DNA of 64,000 nucleotides from Eledone cirrhosa (GCA_964016885.1 OZ024757.1:23994001-24058000), one strand, 5' to 3'; positions 33,034 through 47,007 are shown, counted from the stretch's first letter. Program-made: numbers and translations. The notes: a model not told the origin generated them from the letters alone.

Positions 33034-34309
33034 TATCCTTATTGAGCTCTCTTCGGATTTTAGTCTTCACATTTACTATTATTACTATATATATATATAG
33101 TGAATTGGCAGTATCGGTAGAGGGTCGGACGCCATGCTTTGACGCATAAATATACGGCCCTTGCCATTCTGAGTTCAAATCCCGCCGAGGTTAACTTTGC
33201 CTTTCATCCTTACGGGGTCGATAAAATAAAGTACCAGTAATACACTGGGAAATTGCTGGCCTTGTGCCAAAAGTAGAAACAATTACTATATATATATATA
33301 TATATGTGTGTGTGTGGGAGGGGGTGGGTGCATGTATATATATATATTTATGCATGTACACACACACAGACACACACACACACACATATATATATGGTGG
33401 TGATGGGGTCGTCAGATCGGTCCAAGGAAACAATGTTTCCATTGGTCTATCTGCTCATATTATCTGCCGGCTGCTCATATTATCTGCCGGTTGCAACTCC
33501 CGACAGAAGGAGAAACGTGGCATAAAGCGTTATGCTTAAGAACATAACCCACCATCCGGCCCGGGAATCGAACGCACAACCACATGATTGTGAATCCAAT
33601 CGTCCTATCACTAAAACATGTAACTCCCACTCACAAACCAATGAGAATTGACTCAACTGGCGCTGCGCTAACATAGACCATTCCTAGCAAGTCTCTCTCA
33701 CTGAACAACACGTGCGGTGAAACTTCACGTAGCAGCGGATTGAAACTTCAACTGACGACTGCGACAGAAATTGACGGTAATCTTATATAGAACATAAACC
33801 ATTATTTTATTTCTAACTGGGCGGTGGATTGGCAGTATCGGTAGAGGGTCGGACGCCATGCTTTGACGCATACAGTTGCGGCCCTTGCCATTCTGAGTTC
33901 AAATCCCGCCGGGGTTAACTTTGCCTTTCATTCTTACGGGGGTCGATAAAATAAAGTACCAGTAATGCGCTGGGTAATTGCTGGCCTTATGCCTAAAGTA
34001 GAAACAATTATTTTATTTCTATCTCCAGTAAAAGGGATGTGAATTGGCAGAGATGTTAAGACTTCGGATACTATGCTTCGTAGTATTCGTTTTAGCTCCC
34101 TGTATTCTGAGTTGGAATTCCGTTGAGGCAATCATTGTATTTTATCATTTTGGGGTCGATAAATGAACTACCGACTCAGTATTGCGTTGGGTCTTCCCAT
34201 TATATATATACCCCCCACTCTCAAGCGTGAAACTAAAAAAACATATATCATTTGTACTGCCTCTCTGTTTTTTGTTCTCTGTTCATTTTTTAAACTATAT
34301 ATATATATA

Positions 34310-34430
34310 TTATTCCGATGAAATGACAGTTGATAATAACATTGAAATATTGAATGTCTGCATAACTAATACTTTGTAGATAGCAGCTGTTTTCAGATTA
34401 TGTAACTGTTATAGAAACACGTGTCAATAA
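34310..34430 (+). ncRNA. Hammerhead-like motif with long stem II insert and CCGA core
   Basis: TTATT-CCGATGA-AATGACAGTT...~70 nt...AACTGTTATA-GAAAC[ACGT]GTC^-AATAA. Confidence 0.62.
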
Positions 34431-34464
34431 ATTCCTTTTAACTAAACTGTATCCATTAAAATCC

Positions 34465-34527
<63 letters not shown>

Positions 34528-35109
34528 AAAACGTTTAACCCCAACGGCAGAGCTCAAGCCGTTTCGACGGCTATTTCCAGAAATAGCCGTCGAAACGGCT
34601 TGAGCTCTGCCGTCGGGGTTAAACATTTTCCTATTACCCACTCTACTACCCTAAGTATTGAGTACTCTGGTGCGTTATGGTCCATCTGGTTCCTTACCAC
34701 ACCTCCCTCATTATATATATATATATATATATATTTCACGTTGCTCCTTCTACCTGGAGTTGCGACCGACAGACGGTACTAGCAACTGGTAAGACCAATG
34801 GAAACATTGTTTCCTCGGTCCGATTTGATGAAAGTTGATCGATTCTTATATATATATATCAGAGACGGGGGGGGGGGGGAGCAATGTGGCAGCATGCTAT
34901 TTCATCCGTCTCTGAGTAAAAAAACATAAACACACACTTCTTGCTCTCTGCTTTTTCTTTGCTTGTTTCCTTAAAGTCTACCATCATTCCGCAATTTACA
35001 CCTGATGAGGTCACCGGGTCCTTACGCAAACTGACCACTGAAATGTGCAGTGTTTGCAGAAATAAAAAATTAAGGAAATTCAACATATTTGGCCTCCTGT
35101 CATTTCACC

Positions 35110-35163
<54 letters not shown>

Positions 35164-35263
35164 ATGCAATGAAATACCTATGACCGTTGGTAAATCACTG
35201 ATGAGGGACTCATTTTATGACATGTTATCCATGTGCAACCATGCAGTATTCTTCTCCCCATTT

Positions 35264-35302
<39 letters not shown>

Positions 35303-35454
35303 AGAGAGTCAGGTCCCAGCGGCTGAGCTCTTGCCGTTTCGACAGCAAATTCCAAACCAGAATTTGCTCTCTACTATATTTTCATTGTACTATCACAAGT
35401 ACCGAGTAATCAGCTGAATAATGGTCTAAATAGTTTAAAACTGTATAATCCTGA

Positions 35455-35509
<55 letters not shown>

Positions 35510-35611
35510 GATTTCTATATTAAATAATGATGTTTACACTCTACTAATGTAATGAGTACCTTTTTAAACTATGGTTACCCCCCCCCCCCCCCAATATCAC
35601 TCGGATCTACA

Positions 35612-35702
<91 letters not shown>

Positions 35703-35705
<3 letters not shown>

Positions 35706-36140
35706 CGATATTAACGAATGGAAACTATATTTATAAAACCATATTTATTTTATTATACATATTTCAAGGACACCACGTTAAATTATGGTGTGCTTTCATC
35801 AGACAAAATACAATATAGATCAATTTTATAAATAAATATTGACATACCCTTAAAAAATGCAACCATTACTGTTGGAAGCTCCTGGATAGTAATGGTTGCA
35901 TTTTTTAAGGGTATGTCAATATTTATTTATAAAACTGATCTATATTGTATTTTGTCTGATGAAAGCACACCATAATTTAACTTGGTGTCCTTGAAATATG
36001 TATAATAAAATAAATATGGTTTTATAAATATAGTTTCCATTCGTTAATATCGTATGTTTACTCCAAATACTTGTTGAGTGCTTTATATCAGTTATAAAAA
36101 TTTGCTTGTTGTATCCCAACATTTTAAATAGAACTTTTGT
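35703..36140. mobile_element. HHR palindromic element family C
   Basis: Inverted repeat 35703-36055; HHR on - at 35748-35808 and on + at 35950-36010; related single arms at 1-170, 47300-47563, 56085-56350. Confidence 0.83.
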
Positions 36141-36476
36141 ATATATATATATATATTGCGTGTTTCCCCTATTATATGGCCTACTCCAAAAATAAGCCCT
36201 AGCGCATTTTTGCAAGAAAAATTAACATAAAAAATAATATATCCATAGTCTTGCTGATTACTAATATAATAAATTATTTTAATGATATTGTTTTTAACTC
36301 TATAATATAATTTGATGTCAGTATAATGATACTTTTATCAACACTCTTGTGCTGTTATTTTTTTGTGTAAAAATATAGACCCTACTCCAAAAATAAACCC
36401 TAGTGTCTTTTTTTTTGTTTTAGGGAAAAATAATATAAGATCCATCTTATAATAGTGGAAACTAGGTATATATGTA

Positions 36477-36672
36477 TCAGACCTGTCAACTCTCCCCGTT
36501 GGACGGGGAGATCTCCCACCCACCTTGGGGTGGGTGAGAGATGTCTTCTCTTGTGAAAATGGGTATAGCTTTCATTATGTAAAATCTCCCCATTTTGCCC
36601 CATTTCTCCCCGTTTTGGGGCAATTTTCTCATGATACTCCTAGTTTGAGTTTTTAGAGGTTGATAGGTCTGA
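36477..36672. mobile_element. MITE with CAGACCTGTCAAC termini; second copy at 40141-40338
   Basis: Terminal inverted repeats plus internal similarity between copies. Confidence 0.65.
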
Positions 36673-36879
36673 TATATCAGTCCCTTTCTCTCACTCCCAT
36701 GAGCGCTTTCTCTGGTAGAAATTGGTTTTGTTCAGCAGACCATGAGGGGGATGGGATCTGCCAGATTTAAAGGGCTCAAGACATGTTGTATATCATTATG
36801 ACGTCCCTACAACCCCACCCGGTATTAAGGGCTTATAGATAGATGTAAATGTCAGAATCGGTAGAAAACAATAAAGGGT

Positions 36880-37505
36880 TCCCATCGCAGGTATGTTTCA
36901 AATTTATCGTCACATTAATAAGGGGAATTATTCGGTATAAGGGTTCACATAGCAGCTCTGGTTCTATGGCATCGTCACGTTACCGAGGGAAATAATGTTT
37001 CACATTTCAGCATTTTTTTCAATTCTCTCGTCACGTTACCATGGGAAATAAAGGTTCACAATGTAACTTTTTTACCAATTCTATTGTCGCGTTACCACTG
37101 GGAAGAAGGTTTCACATTCTTTTACTTTTTTTTACTCTTTTACGTGTTCCAGCCGACATGCTGAGGCCATGCTGGGGCACCACCATTGCAACTTTTTTTT
37201 TCAATATTATCGGTACGTTACTGAAGTGAATAAGGTTTCACATTGCAGCTTTTTATTCAGTTCTATCGTCGCGTTATCAAGTTGAATAAGGGTTCACATT
37301 GCAACTTACTTTTTCATTTCTATCATCCCATTACCGAAGGGAATAAGGCTTCACACTGCAGTTTTTGTAAAAAAAAAATATATCGTCTCGTTACCGAAGG
37401 GATATAGCAATTTCTTTTTAAAATTCTATCGCCACGTTACCGAGAGGAACAAGGGTTTCACATTGCAATTTTTTTCTTCAGTTCTGTCATCACGTTAGCG
37501 AGGGG
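36880..37505. repeat. Degenerate ~55-60-bp minisatellite
   Basis: Repeated tctatcgtcacgttaccgagggaataagggtttcacattgca(t)n. Confidence 0.85.
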
Positions 37506-37557
37506 TAGTAATTTGTTATAAAATATTTGGAAGGAATAAGGAAATAAATGTACTTAC

Positions 37558-37673
37558 CAGTCTCAGGTGAATGAAAACCGGAACTAGCCTTTTGTTGCAG
37601 AGCATTAGCTAATGCTTCTTCCGAAGCAGAATGAAAACCGCCTATTGTCTGTACCATAGAGCCAAGGCTAAGT
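37558..37673 (-). CDS. IF gene exon 7 (tail linker)
   Basis: gactag|A CTT...ACT G|gtaagt; LSLGSMVQTIGGFHSASEEALANALQQKASSGFHSPET; phases 2/1 fit both neighbours. Confidence 0.85.
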
Positions 37674-37788
37674 CTAGTCAATGAAAGGAGGATTAAATAC
37701 GGTTAAAAAAGGAGAATAAGATCTAATGTATTATAAACTATTCTAAAATAAGATATCTTTCTCAGGCTGTTAACTTAATCTTTTTTAA

Positions 37789-38006
37789 CCCCTTAGCATT
37801 TAAACCGGCCATATCCGGCCAGAATTCTCCCACTTCTCTCTGTACAAACCGGTTGTAACTGGCCACAGATACAAATATTAAGGTATTGTTCTCAAACTAA
37901 ATAACAAAATCTCAAAGAGTCAATATTTTGTGAGATAATTATGTTAGGTAAAGCCTTTACCACAAAAATACAATAGTATATATGGAGTAATGTAAATGCT
38001 AAAGGG
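37789..38006. mobile_element. piggyBac-like MITE; second copy at 20713-20922
   Basis: TTAA|CCCCTTAGCATTT ... AAATGCTAAAGGG|TTAA. Confidence 0.75.
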
Positions 38007-38920
38007 TTAAATGATGAATCATGTTTGTTCATGTCTTTAAAGATTTATTGCAACTTTATTTATTTGAAATATAGTAGCCCCGCCGTCAATGACTATAATA
38101 ATATAACGATAATGGTTTCTAATTTAGGCACAAGGCGGGCGATAGTCAATTGAATCGAACCTGGTGCGTTCTGGGTACTTTACCCAATAAGGATGAAAGG
38201 CAAAGCTAACCTCGGCTATGGTGATGGTTTAGGTATAAGGCCAACAATTTTGGGGAAGGGGAAAGTCGCAGCGGAGTTGGCTACCCGAAAGTGCAATTCC
38301 TGAGAGTATCCTCCAGGGACAATCTCTTCTTCATCTTGTCGGCCGGGATCACGGGCCCGACTGACCCTTATGCTTCATTTATGGGGGCCGGCGTGTGGAA
38401 CAAACATTATTAAAACTTAAATTGTTATTGAATAATAACTAATGCGTTATGCGAAGGCACGTGGCTTAGTGGTTAGAGCATTGGGCTTACAATCATGAGT
38501 TTGTGAGTTCGATTCTCGGACCGGGTGATTAGTTACCGAGGGGAACAAGGGTTTTATTTCATGTTGCTCTACTTCACTCAGCTGTAGAAAGGAGTTGTGA
38601 CGTCACTGGTGCTAAGCTATATCGGCCATTGTCTTTCCCTTGTATATATATATATAATATATATATTATATATATTATATATAATATATATATATTATAT
38701 ATATATATAATATATATATATTATATATATATATAATATATATATATTATATATATATAATATATATAATATATATATATATATAAATACAGATAATAAA
38801 TGTCAAAATGTAGCATTTGTTAGCGTCTCCCTTCTTATGAATATATATATATATATATATATATAGTGACGAAACATAAGTCAATTGAATGAACTCATAA
38901 TCCTTTATTTACTGCTATAT

Positions 38921-38966
38921 ATATTTCGATGATAGCCATTGAATGGCTATGACCTCATCAGGCAGT
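38921..38966 (-). ncRNA. Solo minimal hammerhead ribozyme
   Basis: ACTGC-CTGATGA-GGTCATAGCCATT/AATGGCTATCATC-GAAA-T[ATAT]A-TA^-GCAGT. Confidence 0.8.
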
Positions 38967-39026
38967 TAGTCAGCTCTTAGATATGCCAGCTCTGTGTGTA
39001 TAGTGTTGATGGTATCAGAGCCTTGG

Positions 39027-39060
<34 letters not shown>

Positions 39061-39063
<3 letters not shown>

Positions 39064-40038
39064 TACCAGCAGGACCCGGTGTTGTATGTGTTAGGAAATG
39101 TGAAATAGCAACAAACATGCAAAGATTGAGGAATGTAGCTGTGTACTTTTTGAATTCCCTTATTTTCAGGGAAGGATTGAGGAGCGACGTAGTCAATTGT
39201 GTGAAAACCAAGTAGGGATGTACGTTTAAGTAGGGATATTGAGATGACGAAATCAGCGTGGCAACGCAACTGCAGCAGAAAGGGTTCATAGTACAATTAG
39301 CACAAACGCTGGCGGCAATGGTTGCACTGCGTTTACACAGCAACACAGGTGCGACAAAAGGGGTCACCGCGGAATTAGCACAATCGCTGTTCAGCGTACT
39401 TGCGCAGGGCATTTATACTGCGGTGAAGGTGTAACAAAAGGGGTCTTAGTAGAAGTAGCACAGACGTGAGTTTTACAACAACGTACACAGGGCCCGGATT
39501 TGCGCGTGATGAAAGCACGAAGCGTAAACAGGGCGCTGACAAAAATGTTAAGGTCCTCCTCATTTCCCCAATCCCCGAAAATGGTCCTGCTTAAAAGTAA
39601 GTGATGTGTGCTCTGTTAAATAAACCAAATGTTTAACGAAATATTATACGCTACTTACAATGTTTAAGGAGCGTTTATATTGAAAAGGAAAATGGTATGT
39701 AATGCCCAATGCTAATTCGTAAATGTCCTAGAAATCATTAATGGAATCGGAAATTTTTTTGTCCACAGCAATGCGAGCGGACTAACTAATGTCTGCGGCA
39801 AATTTCGAGGAAATCAACTGGATTATCTTTAAGTTACGCCTCAAATAAGCCAAAAAAAATGCCTAAAAAATGCTGATTTTCGCTTAATGCGGTCCCTGGG
39901 GCAGAAAAAGTTAAAATATTTTTAGCCCATTGCACTCCAAGAAATGTAGAAATAGAAATAACGCATGTGTAAAGTTTGAAAAGAATCGGTCGGGTACTTC
40001 TCGAGTTTTAGGATTTACACAGACAGACAGACATCCTC

Positions 40039-40045
<7 letters not shown>
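39061..40045 (+). mobile_element. Possible Helentron/HINE-like non-autonomous element (similar style at 40828-41240)
   Basis: Starts tactaccagcaggacccgg, ends (GACA)n..ttttata, inserted in (TA)n. Confidence 0.4.
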
Positions 40046-40094
<49 letters not shown>

Positions 40095-41237
40095 CATATG
40101 GGCAGATACAGTCTGAAGATGTTGACTGTATATAAAGACAGCAGGCTTGTCAACTGTACCCGTCCGATGGGGAGATCTCACACCCACTTTGGGGTGGGTG
40201 AGAAATGTCTTCTCTTGTGAAAATGAGTATATCTTTCATTATGTAAACTCTCCCCATTTTGCTTCATTTCTCCCAGTTTTGGGGAACATTTGTTTCATAG
40301 TACTCCCCGTTTGGGTTTTTAGAGGGTGGCAGGTCTGAGACGGCTACGGTGTGTGCATATTGACTGTATATATAGATTGATACAGTAACGGCGTGTAGAT
40401 ATTGACTGGATATATAGACGGACACGGTATGTAAATGTAGACGGGATATATAGATAGACATACAGCGAGTAGATGTATATACAGATAGGCAAATGTAGTG
40501 TCTGTGTGTATTGACTGTCTTGAGTAAAGAAGGAAGTACAAACATTTTTTCTGCTTATATAAATATTTATATTTCTACTTTATGCTACGTTAATATGCAT
40601 CAATAGATCTTTTGAATATATTTTTGAATTTCGGTATAATATTTTGACATAAAAAAGAGAGAACAGTGGAAAGGGAGAGGGTGGTAAACTCTCCCACTAA
40701 TTCAGAGAGGTGTCTCTGCTGTTCCCAGCGGACAATGGTCAGCGACACCCGCTGCGACAGCCACCCTAGTTCGTGGGCTCCTTTCTCAGATGAGCTGCTG
40801 TCCGATTTTTTTTTTATAGAGGACTAGACTATCCGTAACCCGTTGTCACCGATAGTTCAAGGTACACGAAAAAACCGCGTATCTGGGGAACCCGTGGTCC
40901 GATTTACGCGAAACTTGTTTTATTCCGTTTTTATTCCCATTTCCGGGTTATGTTACTTTCGGAGTATTTTCCCCATTATGCACCGTTTTGGCTATTTATG
41001 AAGGTTTCCAGGGTTATTTTACTTTCGGAGTATTTTTCCATTATGCACCGTTTTGGCTATTTATGAAGGTACCTAGAAAACCCCATATCCCGGGACCCCG
41101 TGCTCCGATTTATGCGAGACTCGTTTTATTCCATTCGTATTCCCATTTTAGGGTCAACTTCCTTTTAAAGTATTTTTCCATTATACGCCCTTTTGGCTGT
41201 ATTACATTAGAGACAAGCAAGCAATCACAGAGTTTTA

Positions 41238-41296
<59 letters not shown>

Positions 41297-41301
<5 letters not shown>

Positions 41302-41905
41302 GAGTAAGTAAGACCCCGACGGCTGAGCTCAAGCCGTTTCGACGGCTAATTCTGTACTGAATGAAAAATCAGTTCTGGTATTAAAATAGCCGAACTTGTC
41401 AAGGGGCAATTCCATATATGGTCAAAGAGATAATCACCAGGATTGGTCATCCCGCAAGGTAGTAGTAATGCTGCGATGGCAAGTTGGTGGGGGAGGTAGC
41501 TAAACCTGCCAGTAGGAGAAAAGGGGAGAGGGGGCGGAGTAGACCCGTTCATGCGTTGGTGGTGCCAGCTACAGCTGGGTGTGAGGTCAAAGAGGACGCC
41601 GGGGAGGTTTGGCTACCCCCCCCCCCCCCCCACACACCAACTTGCCATCGCAGCGTTACTACTACCTTGCGGGATGACCAATCCTGGTGATTATCTCTTT
41701 GACCATATATGGAATTGCCCCTTGACAAGTTCGGCTATTTTAATACCAGAACTGATTTTTCATTCAGTACAGAATTAGCCGTCGAAACGGCTTGAGCTCA
41801 GCCGTCGGGGTCTTACTTACTCCTATTACCCACTCTACTACCCTAAGTATTGAGTACTTTGGTGCGTTATTGTCCACCTGGTTCCTTACCACTTTTCCTT
41901 CGCTA
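41297..41905. mobile_element. Palindrome-plus-tail family E (longest copy); others at 34521-34715, 46263-46465, 47098-47290, diverged 35305-35450
   Basis: Arms carry gccgtcgaaacggcttgagctc..cgtcggggt; constant tail cctattacccactctactaccctaagtattgagtac...; all in (TA)n. Confidence 0.8.
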
Positions 41906-41913
41906 TATATATT

Positions 41914-41971
<58 letters not shown>

Positions 41972-42061
41972 CCAGGACACAATTGAAATTTTCACCACCG
42001 TGAAACAAGTTCAAGAGTTAAGCTTAACTATAGAACTGAAAACAATAATCGAAATATTTAC

Positions 42062-42282
42062 CTGCTTTCTTCACCTTCCAGCAGTTTACGGTAGGCAGCA
42101 ATCTCGAGCTCCATAGACAGTTTGGCATCCATCAGATCACGTAGTTCTTTGATCATTGATTCGAGCTCACCATTCAGTCTCTCCATGTCAATTCTGTGTT
42201 CGGATTTCTCGTTCTGCAGATCGGCAGACATAGATTGATAGTCGCTCTGTACTGCTCTCAACTGAGATGTTAGTTGAGCGAT
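42062..42282 (-). CDS. IF gene exon 6 (end of rod)
   Basis: ttatag|ATC...AG|gtaaat; contains IF signature LMDAKLSMELEIAAYRKLLEGEESR; 221 nt. Confidence 0.96.
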
Positions 42283-42344
42283 CTATAATAGAGAATAAAT
42301 AAATATGAACTATTGAAGCCCTGACGAGATTGACATTCTTAGAA

Positions 42345-43222
42345 AATGTAGAAATATCAAATAACTGTAACTACTATAAATGTAGAAATATCAAATAACT
42401 GTAACTGCTATAAATGTAGAAATATCAAATAACTGTAACTACTATAAATGTAGAAATAGAAAATAACTGTAACTGCTATAAATGGAGAAATATCAAATAA
42501 CTGTAACTACTATAAATGTAGAAATAGAAAATAACTGTAACTACTATAAATGTAGAAATATCAAATAACTGTAACTACTATAAATGTAGAAATAACAAAT
42601 AACTGTAACTACTATAAATGTAGAAATATCAAATAACTGTAACTACTATAAATGTAGAAATATCAAATAACTGTAACTACTATAAATGTAGAAATATCAA
42701 ATAACTGTAACTACTATAAATGTAGAAATATCAAATAACTGTAACTACTATAAATGTAGAAATATCAAATAACTGTAACTACTATAAATGTAGAAATATC
42801 AAATAACTGTAACTACTATAAATGTAGAAATATCAAATAACTGTAACTACTATAAATGTAGAAATATCAAATAACTGTAACTACTATAAATGTAGAAATA
42901 GAAAATAACTGTAACTACTATAAATGTAGAAATAACAAATAACTGTAACTACTATAAATGTAGAAATAGAAAATAACTGTAACTACTATAAATGTAGAAA
43001 TAGAAAATAACTGTAACTACTATAAATGTAGAAATAGAAAATAACTGTAACTACTATAAATGTAGAAATAGAAAATAACTGTAACTACTATAAATGTAGA
43101 AATAGAAAATAACTGTAACTACTATAAATGTAGAAATAGAAAATAACTGTAACTACTATAAATGTAGAAATAGAAAATAACTAACTACTATAAATGTAGA
43201 AATAGAAAATAACTGTAACTAC
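42345..43222. repeat. 34-bp minisatellite, ~26 copies
   Basis: (ataaatgtagaaatatcaaataactgtaactact)n. Confidence 0.97.
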
Positions 43223-43399
43223 AGCCGATTGCTATAAATCAAAGGTTTTCAATGTGGGCACTGGCCCCCTAAGAAGACCTCTGTCATAAATAATAGCTTA
43301 GAAAATCGAGCAAACCATCTCTATAGGCGAAAAACAACAAGAAAATATTTCGTATCTGTATACACTATACATATGCATCAAGCCTCCACTATATAATAG

Positions 43400-43440
<41 letters not shown>

Positions 43441-43627
43441 GAAAAATTTGAACAGGGACAGAACAGAGAAGCAGTACAATGAATGTTTATTAAATTCACG
43501 CTCAGGAGAGTGGGGTAGGGGGGGGGGGGGGGTAGGGGGGGGGGGGGGCGACGTTTCGGGCATAAGCCCTTCAGGTGAGAAGTGTGTGGGAACAGAGTTC
43601 AAAAGGTGTGTAGGGGAGTGGTGGAGA

Positions 43628-43678
<51 letters not shown>

Positions 43679-43709
43679 AAATGTGTGTAATCCTTGGTAC
43701 AGTTAGGTA

Positions 43710-44017
43710 TATTAAGACAGGGGGGAAAAAAAATGGCTTCACTTGTGCTTTCAACAAATTTATTTTCTTCACAAAATCCCAAAAGAATTTTTTTTCCCGG
43801 ATTAGAAAAAAAAATTATTTTAGCGTCGATTAGTACTTCATTTATAAAATCGATTAGTACTTAAAAGCGTCGATTAGTACTTAATTTATAAAATAATTTT
43901 TTTTAAGAAAAAAATTTTTTTTTTCTAATCCGGGAAAAAAAAATTATTTTTAGATTTTGTGAAGAAAATAAATTTGTTGAAAGCACAAGTGAAGCCATTT
44001 TTTCTTCCCCCCCTGTC

Positions 44018-44022
<5 letters not shown>
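43710..44022. mobile_element. Foldback/MITE with ~110-bp TIRs
   Basis: tattaagacagggggg...aatggcttcacttgtgc mirrored at the right end; TA flanks. Confidence 0.7.
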
Positions 44023-44066
<44 letters not shown>

Positions 44067-44145
44067 ATATAAAATTAGAATTTCATTTCTCGCCCTAGCA
44101 CAGGTGATACATAAATGTAAGTATGCACACGTACACGTATGCGCG

Positions 44146-44214
<69 letters not shown>

Positions 44215-44345
44215 GTACGTATAGGTTATATCGAACACTAATAATAATGTTCTAATTAAAATTCTAATTTTATTTTTAATATTCGGCAAGGCCAGCCGTG
44301 ACTCGCTCGGTATGCAAATGAGGCTACACAGCCTGGCAGAGGTGT

Positions 44346-44388
44346 ACAGTCCTGATGAAGGGTTATAACCCAGAAACATGTTGATTGT
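44346..44388 (+). ncRNA. Solo minimal hammerhead ribozyme
   Basis: ACAGTC-CTGATGA-AGGGTT/AACCCA-GAAAC[AT]GTT^-GATTGT. Confidence 0.7.
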
Positions 44389-44512
44389 TCCTCAATGCCA
44401 GTGTTGGACAAACATGTGATGGTCAGTCACCGGCACTGCTTCAAATCGGACCATTTGTTTACAAATGAATCGAACGTTATTATTAGTGTTCGATATAATA
44501 CATACGTACATA

Positions 44513-44550
<38 letters not shown>

Positions 44551-44682
44551 CGTGTGTGTGTATATGTGTGCGTGTGTATGTATGTATATGTGTACATGTG
44601 TGTGTGTATATATATATATATATATGTACGTGAGTGTGTATATGTGTGCGTGTGTATGTATGTATATGTGTACGTGTGTGTG

Positions 44683-44713
<31 letters not shown>

Positions 44714-44881
44714 ATATGCGCGTGTGTGTATATATACATATATATGTATATATGTGTGCGTGTGTGTGTGTTTATATATATACATATGTATATATGTGTG
44801 TACGTGTGTGTGTGTGTATATATGTGTATGTGTGTGTGCGTGTGTGTATATATATATGTATATGTGTGTACGTGTGTGTGT

Positions 44882-44937
<56 letters not shown>

Positions 44938-45703
44938 ACGTGTGTGTGTACGTACGTGTGCATACTTACATATGTATATATGTTTGTATTTATATTTATA
45001 TAAATATGTTGGAGACGCAGGACATGGCAGCGATAATGAGGGACAGAGACCGCTGGAGAGAACTCGTCCATGGATCTCGGGAATTTTACCCGCCTTAGAT
45101 AGATAGATATAAAGGAAACCTAAAGAGTTTTACGGATTCAAAGCAGTTTTGTCCATTTTTCCTATTCTAAGAGTTTATACGTTCTCTTATGGTTTGACTA
45201 TTTTTTGTAGAGAACAACTACGTCGAAGTTACAAATTCATTTGTATTTATACTAGAGCTTGACTTATTTATTCCATATTTATATTTGTTTCTACTTTAGG
45301 CACAAGGCCAGCAATAACCCAGTTCATTACTGGTACTTTATTTTATCGACCCCGTAAGGATGAAAGGCAAAGTCATATTTATATTATCATTCTATCATAT
45401 TCAGTGGATTGGCAGTTGGGAAAAATACTTTGCGGCATTCGTTTTACAGCCCTTGGCGCTTTGAGGTCAAATCCTGTCGGGGTTAGCTTTACCTTTCATC
45501 AATACGGGGTTGATAAATTAAAGTGCCAGTAATGCACTGGAATTGATTTAATCGTCTTTGCCCTTCCATTCAAATTGCTGGCCTTGTGCTTAAATCAAAA
45601 TATCATTATTTTTTCATTTGTTTATTTTATATAGGCGCGTGCGTGTGTGTGTGTGTGTCTGTGTGTGTGTCTGTGTGTGTATTTACAGTCATGTATATCT
45701 CAC

Positions 45704-45829
45704 CTGAGCCTGGCAGTCTAATAGTTTGGCGTCTAGATCATTCTTCTGAGAACGGAGACGCTTGTTCTCCTCGGTCATGTGTGCTGATTCGGCGTTTCCT
45801 TTCGTTGTGCCCAAGCGCATCTCGTTCAT
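45704..45829 (-). CDS. IF gene exon 5 (absent from ORF track)
   Basis: tttcag|ATG...CAG|gtgag; MNEMRLGTTKGNAESAHMTEENKRLRSQKNDLDAKLLDCQAQ; 126 nt, phase 0/0. Confidence 0.9.
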
Positions 45830-46145
45830 CTGAAAAATTGAAATAGAATATCTGAAAACACATCAAAGGACACATGTCAGCCATTCTCTCCCCTTTCTCC
45901 ATCAAAGGGCCTTCTTGGTAAAGGAACTCAATGAAGATCTCTATTAGTTTGCTAGTTTTTTTTTAATTTTTTGTCAAAGAAGATCGCCTGGGATGGTGAA
46001 CACCACATTGAATAACTGACGGGTTACGTTTCAACTTTACGTATTCTGAGTTCAAATCTCGCTGACGTCAATTCTCGTTTCATTATCCCGTAGTTAATAG
46101 TCAACTGAATCAGGTTATGGGGTCGGTTCTTTATATCCAGTCGAA

Positions 46146-46239
<94 letters not shown>

Positions 46240-46461
46240 TCTCTCTCTCTCTCTCGTTATATATATAGGAAAAAGTGTGACCCCGACGCCGGAGCTCAAG
46301 CTGTTCGACGGCTATTTCTGGACTGAGTCCAGAAATAGCCGTCGAAACGGCTTGAGCTCTGCCATCGGGGTCATACTTTTTCCTATTACCGACTCTACTA
46401 CCCTAAGTATTGAGTACTCTGGTGCGTTATGGTCCATCTGGTTCCTTACCACAACTCCTTC

Positions 46462-46521
<60 letters not shown>

Positions 46522-46572
46522 AGAGAGAGAGAGACGAGATGTCAAATTTTCATTAAGTTTATTCAGGTGTGA

Positions 46573-46634
<62 letters not shown>

Positions 46635-46842
46635 ATGTACACACACATATAATGTATATATTACTGAATCGGGTACACTGTGATAGAAGGGGGATGATGT
46701 ATAACTCACAGAGGGCCTTTTCTCCAGAAATTGAGAAAGGTTGACTAAAGCCGCCAACAGTCTTTCATCGTCGCAGGAGGGAGAAATGGATAACACACCA
46801 AGGAATGGAGATTGGAACTATGAAAAGATAAAGAAGACTCAC

Positions 46843-47007
46843 CTGGGACGCATACCTGGCCTCCATGCCCGCAGATATTCCTTCCAATTGGCATTCATAT
46901 TCTTCGCGGATTTCTTTCAGGCAGTTGCCGAGTTCCGTAGTCCAGTATTCCCTCATGTCGGGGAGAGTGTTGTCCTTGGAGAGAAGAGCGCGATACTCTT
47001 TGATCTC
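46843..47007 (-). CDS. IF gene exon 4 (L12/coil 2 start)
   Basis: caatag|GAG...CAG|gtgagt; EIKEYRALL...ELGNCLKEIREEYE...RYASQ; 165 nt. Confidence 0.92.

Noticed and set aside
34998-35054. ACAC-CTGATGA-GGTCA/TGACC..GAAA-TGTGCA-GTGT
   Set aside because: Lacks a proper NUH triplet; counted as degenerate, like relics at ~26540-26575, ~32236-32268 and ~43547-43578
42345-43222. 34-bp and 37-bp (51095) arrays as CRISPR
   Set aside because: Contiguous tandem units with no unique spacers, eukaryotic intron context, no cas genes
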